Origin: an uncultured Alphaproteobacteria bacterium
GTDB taxonomy: Bacteria > Pseudomonadota > Alphaproteobacteria > Rs-D84
Assembly (NCBI GenBank): GCA_944389385.1
Contig: CALXMC010000004.1
Location: forward strand, 8,254 to 72,253
Length of the DNA stretch: 64,000 nucleotides
Direction: 5' to 3'
Shown here: in pieces, positions 58,793-64,000 of the stretch
Numbering within the stretch: the first letter of the stretch is position 1
How the letters are laid out: every line of letters begins with the position of its first letter
Made by a program: the position numbers and the translations under genes
Notes under the pieces: generated by a model
What the model saw: the letters and a program-made list of their open reading frames with translations, nothing else
Told to the model about the DNA's origin: nothing
Databases searched by the model: none

Positions 58793-60683
58793 TAATATGA
58801 ATATTCGTAAAAAATCTCATCGTCGCGATGGTGGCAACATATTTATTATAATATTTGCTGCTTTATTTGTTGCGTTGATTGTGCGCAGTTTTACAGGCAC
58901 AATGACTGCGCCACAGTTGTTGCCCGATGGCACTTCTGCGCCCGCACCGGTGGAATTAACATTTTCAGATATATTGAATCGTGCGGACGAAATCAAAACG
59001 ATGGATGTACGCGGCAACGATGCGTCTGGGACTTTAACGGATGGCACGCCATATACTGCGACGATTACATACGATCCCGAAATGTTGGGAAAAATTGCAG
59101 AAAACGGGGCGACGATTTCGTTGGATGCGTCAAAAACGTGGGTTGATTATCTGGGGACATGGGTTCCAATTTTGATGGGCTTGTTCTTTATCTGGTGGAT
59201 TTTCCGCGGGTTTCGTGGTGGTGCATCTGGATTAACGCGCAGTTTGGCGCAGCAAAATCCGACCAAAATTACAACCGGCAAACCCAAAACAACTTTCAAA
59301 GATGTCGCCGGCATAGATTCTGAAAAGCAAGAGTTAATGGAGATAGTAGATTTTCTGCGTGATGGCAAAAAATTCCGTGATGTTGGTGCACGTGTGCCGC
59401 GCGGAATATTACTGTCCGGCGAACCGGGCACGGGTAAAACATTACTGGCGCGCGCCATAGCGGGTGAAGCAAATGTACCATTCTTTGCCGCATCTGGCAG
59501 TGATTTTTCAGGCATCATTGTCGGCCTGGGCGTTGCCAAGATAAAGGAAATATTCGACATGGCCAAGCGCAACGCGCCGTGTATATTGTTTATTGACGAA
59601 ATCGACGCGATTGGCCAACGCCGCAGTACTGCGTCTTATAATGACCAAGACCGCGAACAAACATTAAATCAGTTGTTGATTGAAATGGACGGTTTTTCAA
59701 ATGACACCGGCATCATAGTTATCGGTGCAACCAATCGTGCGGATATGTTGGATCCCGCATTATTACGTCCGGGTCGCTTTGACCGCCAGGTCTATATTGA
59801 ATTGCCCGATTTGGCGGGGCGTCGTGAAATCCTGGATTTATACGCGAAAAAGGTAAAAGTATCTGATGATGTTAATTTACAGGATTTGGCGCGTGGCACA
59901 ACCGGATTTTCGGGCGCAGATTTGGAAAATCTGTTGAACGAGGCCGCATTACACGCTGTGCGTAACGGCCGCAAAGAAATCACGTCTGTGGATGTGGAAG
60001 AGGCGCGTGATAAAATCCTGATGGGGCCACGCAAAGTGCGTAAAATGCGTCCCGAAGATATTAAATTAACCGCCTATCACGAGGCCGGCCACGCATTCGT
60101 AAGCATTATGTACGCCGACATCACCGACCCAATTCACAAGGCGACGATTATCCCGCGTGGGCGTGCGCTGGGCATGGTGCAACATTTGCCAATTGACGAC
60201 AAAGTTTCAATGACGATTGCCGAAGTTCGCGCAAATCTGGCCATATCATTGGCGGGACGCGCATCCGAAGAGGTTTTCTTTGGTGCCGATAAAATCACCA
60301 CTGGCGCAGAAAGCGACATCGCGATGGCAACGCGTTTGGCACGATATTCAATTACAACGGCCGGATTATCGGAAAAAGTCGGCCTGGCGGCGATTAAACA
60401 GGTTAATAATTTCGGCACGCGCAGTGCGTTGGAAAACGCGTCTGAAAAAACCGCAGAACTGGTCGATGCCGAGGTCAAGGCCTGGTTGGATGCGGCACAT
60501 GCAGATGCAACAAAATTGCTGTCTAAAAACAAAGAAACGGTTCGTAAATTGGCCGAAGAATTGTTGGCGCGCGAAACCCTGACTGGGGATGAAATTCGCG
60601 CGATTGTGAACGGCAAAAATGCTGCGAAAAAGGCGCCGAAAAAATCCACTGCGAAAAAGGTTAAAAAACATGCCGCAAAATAA
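58764..60683 (+). CDS. ftsH: ATP-dependent zinc metalloprotease FtsH
   Basis: Walker A GEPGTGKT. SRH region. HEAGHA zinc motif. N-terminal TM anchors. Confidence 0.95.
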   Translation: MENQNQNQNNNMNIRKKSHRRDGGNIFIIIFAALFVALIVRSFTGTMTAPQLLPDGTSAPAPVELTFSDILNRADEIKTMDVRGNDASGTLTDGTPYTATITYDPEMLGKIAENGATISLDASKTWVDYLGTWVPILMGLFFIWWIFRGFRGGASGLTRSLAQQNPTKITTGKPKTTFKDVAGIDSEKQELMEIVDFLRDGKKFRDVGARVPRGILLSGEPGTGKTLLARAIAGEANVPFFAASGSDFSGIIVGLGVAKIKEIFDMAKRNAPCILFIDEIDAIGQRRSTASYNDQDREQTLNQLLIEMDGFSNDTGIIVIGATNRADMLDPALLRPGRFDRQVYIELPDLAGRREILDLYAKKVKVSDDVNLQDLARGTTGFSGADLENLLNEAALHAVRNGRKEITSVDVEEARDKILMGPRKVRKMRPEDIKLTAYHEAGHAFVSIMYADITDPIHKATIIPRGRALGMVQHLPIDDKVSMTIAEVRANLAISLAGRASEEVFFGADKITTGAESDIAMATRLARYSITTAGLSEKVGLAAIKQVNNFGTRSALENASEKTAELVDAEVKAWLDAAHADATKLLSKNKETVRKLAEELLARETLTGDEIRAIVNGKNAAKKAPKKSTAKKVKKHAAK

Positions 60684-61317
60684 TGATGCACCGAATTTTG
60701 AAGTATTGCACATGCCGCCTGAAAATACCAATTCAGTCTTGGTGACACGTGGCAACGATGCGGTTATTTTTGACGCGTGGGGCCAGGTTGCCGATTGGGA
60801 AAAATTATTGACCGCGCGTGGATTGCGATTGCGTGCGATATATTCAACCCATGGCCATGGCGACCATATTGCCGCTGCACCGATGTTGGCTGAAAAATAT
60901 AACATTCCATGGTTCTTGAACAGTGAAGATGATGTTTTAATTTCTTGGTCAAATAATTTACTGAAATATTTCGGGTTGCCGGAAATTGAAAACGATTATC
61001 GTCGGCCGACAGATTTGGAATCGGGTACGATTGAAATTTTACCGGGTGTTTTTGCAGATGTTATTGAATCACCGGGGCATACACCGGGCGGGGTTATGTA
61101 TTATTTTCCTGAATTTGGAATTTTGCTGACGGGTGATACTTTGTTCCGTGATTCTTGTGGTCGATATGATTTGCCGGGTGGCGACGCAAACGCGTTGATG
61201 CAGTCCATTTCAAAGTTGTACGAAATGAATTTACCGGATGAAACGTATGTCGTACATGGACACGGTGTGGATTCAACAATCGGGATGATGAAAACCGAAA
61301 ATCCTTATTTCAAATAA
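60670..61317 (+). CDS. MBL-fold metallo-hydrolase (glyoxalase II-like)
   Basis: THGHGDHIAAAP (HxHxDH). Downstream His/Asp ligands (ESPGHTPGG, HGHG). Confidence 0.7.
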   Translation: MPQNNDAPNFEVLHMPPENTNSVLVTRGNDAVIFDAWGQVADWEKLLTARGLRLRAIYSTHGHGDHIAAAPMLAEKYNIPWFLNSEDDVLISWSNNLLKYFGLPEIENDYRRPTDLESGTIEILPGVFADVIESPGHTPGGVMYYFPEFGILLTGDTLFRDSCGRYDLPGGDANALMQSISKLYEMNLPDETYVVHGHGVDSTIGMMKTENPYFK

Positions 61318-61319
61318 TT

Positions 61320-62090
61320 TTATTTTTCGAACACCAATACGCGCACAATGCCTGTCAAATCACGTTCAGCGCGATTGAATTGCCAACCATTATTTGTAAA
61401 TATATCGCGAACATCAGCGGACATGCCGTCGCCAATTTCAACATAAATCCGCCCGCCGTCGCGTATCCAGTCCCGTGCGTTTTTTGCAATCGCCATATAT
61501 GCCGCCAATCCGTTGTTTTTTGCATACAGCGCGCGTCGCGGATCATGCGTTGCGCCGATATTTACACGTGCATCGCCCGCCGATATATATGGTGGATTGG
61601 AAACAATTACATCGAATTTTTCGCGTACCAATCGCGGATTCTGAAAGTTTCCCCGCATAACACGCACGCGCGCGCCAATTCCCAAATTGTGTATATTACG
61701 CCGCGCCACACGCAGCGCGCCACGCGACGTATCAACCGCCACCCCGTGCATGCCATGAATATTTTTAACCAATGCCGCAATTATACATCCCGTCCCAGTC
61801 CCCAAATCCAACACTCGCCGCGGGGCGTCGGTTTCGCAATCTGCAATCACGGCGGCGATCAAAGTTTCGGTATCAGGCCGCGGGTCCAAAGTATGTTTAT
61901 TTGTATAAAATTTTAATCCATAAAACCATTTTTGATGGATTATTTTCGCAACAGGCACACCACGCCGCAACGCCCGCGCCATACGCCAAATTTTTATTCG
62001 CGAAAAATTTTGTGTGTTTTCAATAATAACCCGCGCATCATGGGAATTTGATGCGCGTGCCAGAATTTCAAACGCTTGATTTATTGTCAT
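61320..62090 (-). CDS. prmC: Release-factor glutamine N5-methyltransferase PrmC (HemK)
   Basis: VLDLGTGTGCIIAAL (motif I). IVSNPPY (motif IV). Confidence 0.8.
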   Translation of the reverse strand: MTINQAFEILARASNSHDARVIIENTQNFSRIKIWRMARALRRGVPVAKIIHQKWFYGLKFYTNKHTLDPRPDTETLIAAVIADCETDAPRRVLDLGTGTGCIIAALVKNIHGMHGVAVDTSRGALRVARRNIHNLGIGARVRVMRGNFQNPRLVREKFDVIVSNPPYISAGDARVNIGATHDPRRALYAKNNGLAAYMAIAKNARDWIRDGGRIYVEIGDGMSADVRDIFTNNGWQFNRAERDLTGIVRVLVFEK

Positions 62091-62111
62091 GAAGCCATTA
62101 TAATCGCCGGT

Positions 62112-63371
62112 ATGAAAAAAGCAAAAGATATTCTGAAATTAAATAATATTGCATGGACGGTTATTGGCTGCGCGTTGGCGTTGGTACTGGTTGCGATAAT
62201 ATTGGTGTTTACGCGCGGTGGCGATGGCGGTACAGTATTTTCATCGGATGACGAACATCGTTCTGTTGTGGTTGTATCATCTGGGGACACGCTGTCAAAA
62301 TTATTAACGGACCAAGGCCTCACCAATGCCCAGGCATTGGAAATCGCAAAAATATTAAAGGACGACGCCGATGTAACGAACCTGCGCGCCGACCGTGACA
62401 GAATCGAATTCGTGCGTGCCGATGCGGATGCGCCAATATCCAAAATTGTAATAGTTCCATCCCCCTGGCGTCAAATTCAGGTCAGTCCAACCGCGGACGG
62501 TGGGTGGTCTTGTGAAACGATTGAAATAACGCCTGATACGCGTGCGGTATACCGTGCCGGCGAAATTCTGGATGGCGACAGTTTTTATCTGGCGGGCGCG
62601 CGTGCCGGCATCCCGGATGGTATACTGGCCAATGTCTATGATTTGCTTGCGTTCGAGATGGACTTTGAACGCGATGTTCGTGCGGGTCAACATTTTGCCG
62701 TGCTGTACGAAGAAAACTTTTCTAATGGGAAAAAGGTTGAAAACGGCGATGTTTTGGCCGTCAGTTTCGAAGCCCTGCGCGGCAACGTAAAAATGTACAG
62801 ATTCAAAAAGTCAGATGGAAAAATTGGATACTATGACGAAAATGGTAATGGCGCGATTAAATCATTAAAACGTACGCCAATTAACAATGCCAAGGTAACC
62901 AGCAGTTTTTCAAATCGCCGAAAACATCCTGTTTTGGGATATACACGCGCACACAAAGGCGTTGATTTTCGCGCATCAACCGGCACCCCAATTCCGGCCG
63001 CTGGTGCGGGTCGCGTGGTTGCGCGCGGTTATAACAACGGCCACGGTAATTACATCAAATTGCGTCACAACGCGTCATTTGAAACACTGTATGCGCACAT
63101 GTCTCGTTTTGCCAAAGGTGTGGTTGTTGGTACAACTGTAAAGCAGGGTCAAACAATCGGATACGTTGGATCGACGGGTCTGTCAACGGGTCCGCATTTG
63201 CATTATGAAATTATCAAGGATGGTAAACATGTAAATCCTATGACGGTGAAATTACCGGCAATCAGTAATTTGAGTGCGGCGGACAAGGAAAAATTTATCG
63301 AATACCGTAAAACATTGGATACCAGTATGGATTTTCTGTCCAAACACCCCGACGCCTTTATCCAACTGTAA
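62112..63371 (+). CDS. M23-family metalloendopeptidase (murein hydrolase activator/EnvC-like)
   Basis: HKGVDFRA (HxxxD). HLHYE (HxH). N-terminal TM. Start set at ATG 62112. Confidence 0.75.
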   Translation: MKKAKDILKLNNIAWTVIGCALALVLVAIILVFTRGGDGGTVFSSDDEHRSVVVVSSGDTLSKLLTDQGLTNAQALEIAKILKDDADVTNLRADRDRIEFVRADADAPISKIVIVPSPWRQIQVSPTADGGWSCETIEITPDTRAVYRAGEILDGDSFYLAGARAGIPDGILANVYDLLAFEMDFERDVRAGQHFAVLYEENFSNGKKVENGDVLAVSFEALRGNVKMYRFKKSDGKIGYYDENGNGAIKSLKRTPINNAKVTSSFSNRRKHPVLGYTRAHKGVDFRASTGTPIPAAGAGRVVARGYNNGHGNYIKLRHNASFETLYAHMSRFAKGVVVGTTVKQGQTIGYVGSTGLSTGPHLHYEIIKDGKHVNPMTVKLPAISNLSAADKEKFIEYRKTLDTSMDFLSKHPDAFIQL

Positions 63372-63375
63372 AATA

Positions 63376-63400
63376 CCTGCGGGCGTCCGCCCGCTTTTAA
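63376..63400 (+). terminator. Rho-independent terminator after M23 peptidase gene
   Basis: CCTGCGGGCGTCCGCCCGCTTTTAATT. Confidence 0.6.
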
Positions 63401-63642
63401 TTACTCGTGACTCGTATTTCCCCCGTCGCGGTCTAAGTTCCCCCTTTACGACGGATGGGGCTGCTACCCCAGTACTGTCGCGGTCCGGGTTCCCCTCTGC
63501 GGAGGGGTGGCACGCGTCAGCGTGCCGGGGTGGTCTACCACAAGTAACCAGTAACTAGCAACTCCACCGCTGTCATTGCGAAGGAGTACGATCAACGTTG
63601 AAAACGTTGTCGTACGACTGCGGCAATCAAGGTTATAATATG

Positions 63643-63674
63643 TCTGCGGGCGAATGCCCGCAGTGCTTTTTTAT
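63643..63674 (+). terminator. Second hairpin plus T-run with the same stem sequence
   Basis: TCTGCGGGCGAATGCCCGCAGTGCTTTTTTATT. Stem CTGCGGGC is shared with the terminator at 63376. Confidence 0.5.
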
Positions 63675-63689
63675 TTACTGGATCGCCAC

Positions 63690-64000
63690 GGTCGTTTCAC
63701 TCCCTCGCGATGACAAAGGGGACTAAGTGCTCAAGCCCGCACCACTCTTGTCATTCCCGCGCAGGCGGGAATAGGGTCTATTAAATTCATATCGCGGATT
63801 GCGGGTGAATAAAAAATATAACGCTGAATTATTCCCAAAATTAAATAATTATTAACAACCCAAGCCCTATTCCCGCCTTAACCACCCCACAAATACATTC
63901 GTATTTGCGGGGACCCTGGGCGCGGGAATGACAAGGGATTAAGTGGATAATTCCGTACTCTCTAACCACCCCGGGCTTGACCACTCACGCGACACATCGC
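63690..64000. repeat. Cluster of short GC-rich palindromic (REP/MITE-like) elements
   Basis: Repeated motifs CGCGATGACAAAGGGGACTAAGTG / GGGAATGACAAGGGATTAAGTGG. Palindrome GTCATTCCCGCGCAGGCGGGAATAGGGTC and its partner AGCCCTATTCCCGCC. Confidence 0.5.

Noticed and set aside
63400-63600. tmRNA (ssrA) candidate because of GGGGCTG and CTCCACC-like strings
   Set aside because: I could not find a plausible tag reading frame (no ...A(L/V)AA-stop peptide in any frame) or a T-arm/acceptor pairing. It is kept only as an unspecified structured region.

Overview
This 64-kb window appears to be a chromosomal segment from an AT-rich, alphaproteobacterium-like genome (organism assignment is an inference only). 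It has a conserved housekeeping half and an accessory-rich half. I could not run any search, so every family call below rests on motifs I read directly from the translations.

Conserved region (43–63.4 kb): ligA, a class-A penicillin-binding protein, two outer-membrane beta-barrel proteins, comM/yifB, lepB, rnc, secG, groES-groEL, HIT, YggU, LOG, tilS, ftsH, an MBL hydrolase, prmC and an M23 peptidase. Earlier in the window are tcdA and tatD (7.7–9.1 kb) and fabI (36.4–37.2 kb).

Accessory content:
- A TetR–flavodoxin–DUF362 cassette at 9.2–11.4 kb.
- A ~3.8-kb non-coding region (12.8–16.6 kb) containing 10 or more degenerate tandem copies of a 165–330-bp unit packed with small palindromes (TTCAACC-N3-GGTTGTATT, GTTGTA-AA-TACAAC). 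Inverted copies flank a promoter-driven 123-aa Cys-containing ORF.
- An ~18-kb integrative island (18.25–36.3 kb) bounded by a 45-bp direct repeat of the 3' part of tRNA-Asn(GTT). It carries an AlpA-like excisionase, a tyrosine integrase and an apparent defence cargo: a Fic protein flanked by ~34-bp direct repeats; a tightly coupled five-gene operon (Nudix, DUF2075 ATPase, a hypothetical protein, a degenerate methyltransferase-like protein, and a 1355-aa GIY-YIG–SF2 helicase–gamma-N6-adenine methyltransferase fusion); a Panacea-domain antitoxin with an unrecognised toxin; and a stand-alone reverse transcriptase next to a ~640-bp structured non-coding region.
- A 4.5-kb segment (Nudix-ASCH, metK, tRNA-Lys, DHFR-like and two unknowns) bracketed by ~360-bp perfect inverted repeats, each carrying an identical small HTH gene, with a third paralog adjacent.

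The most interesting candidates are the five-gene Nudix/DUF2075/GIY-YIG–helicase–MTase operon and the palindrome-rich tandem array.
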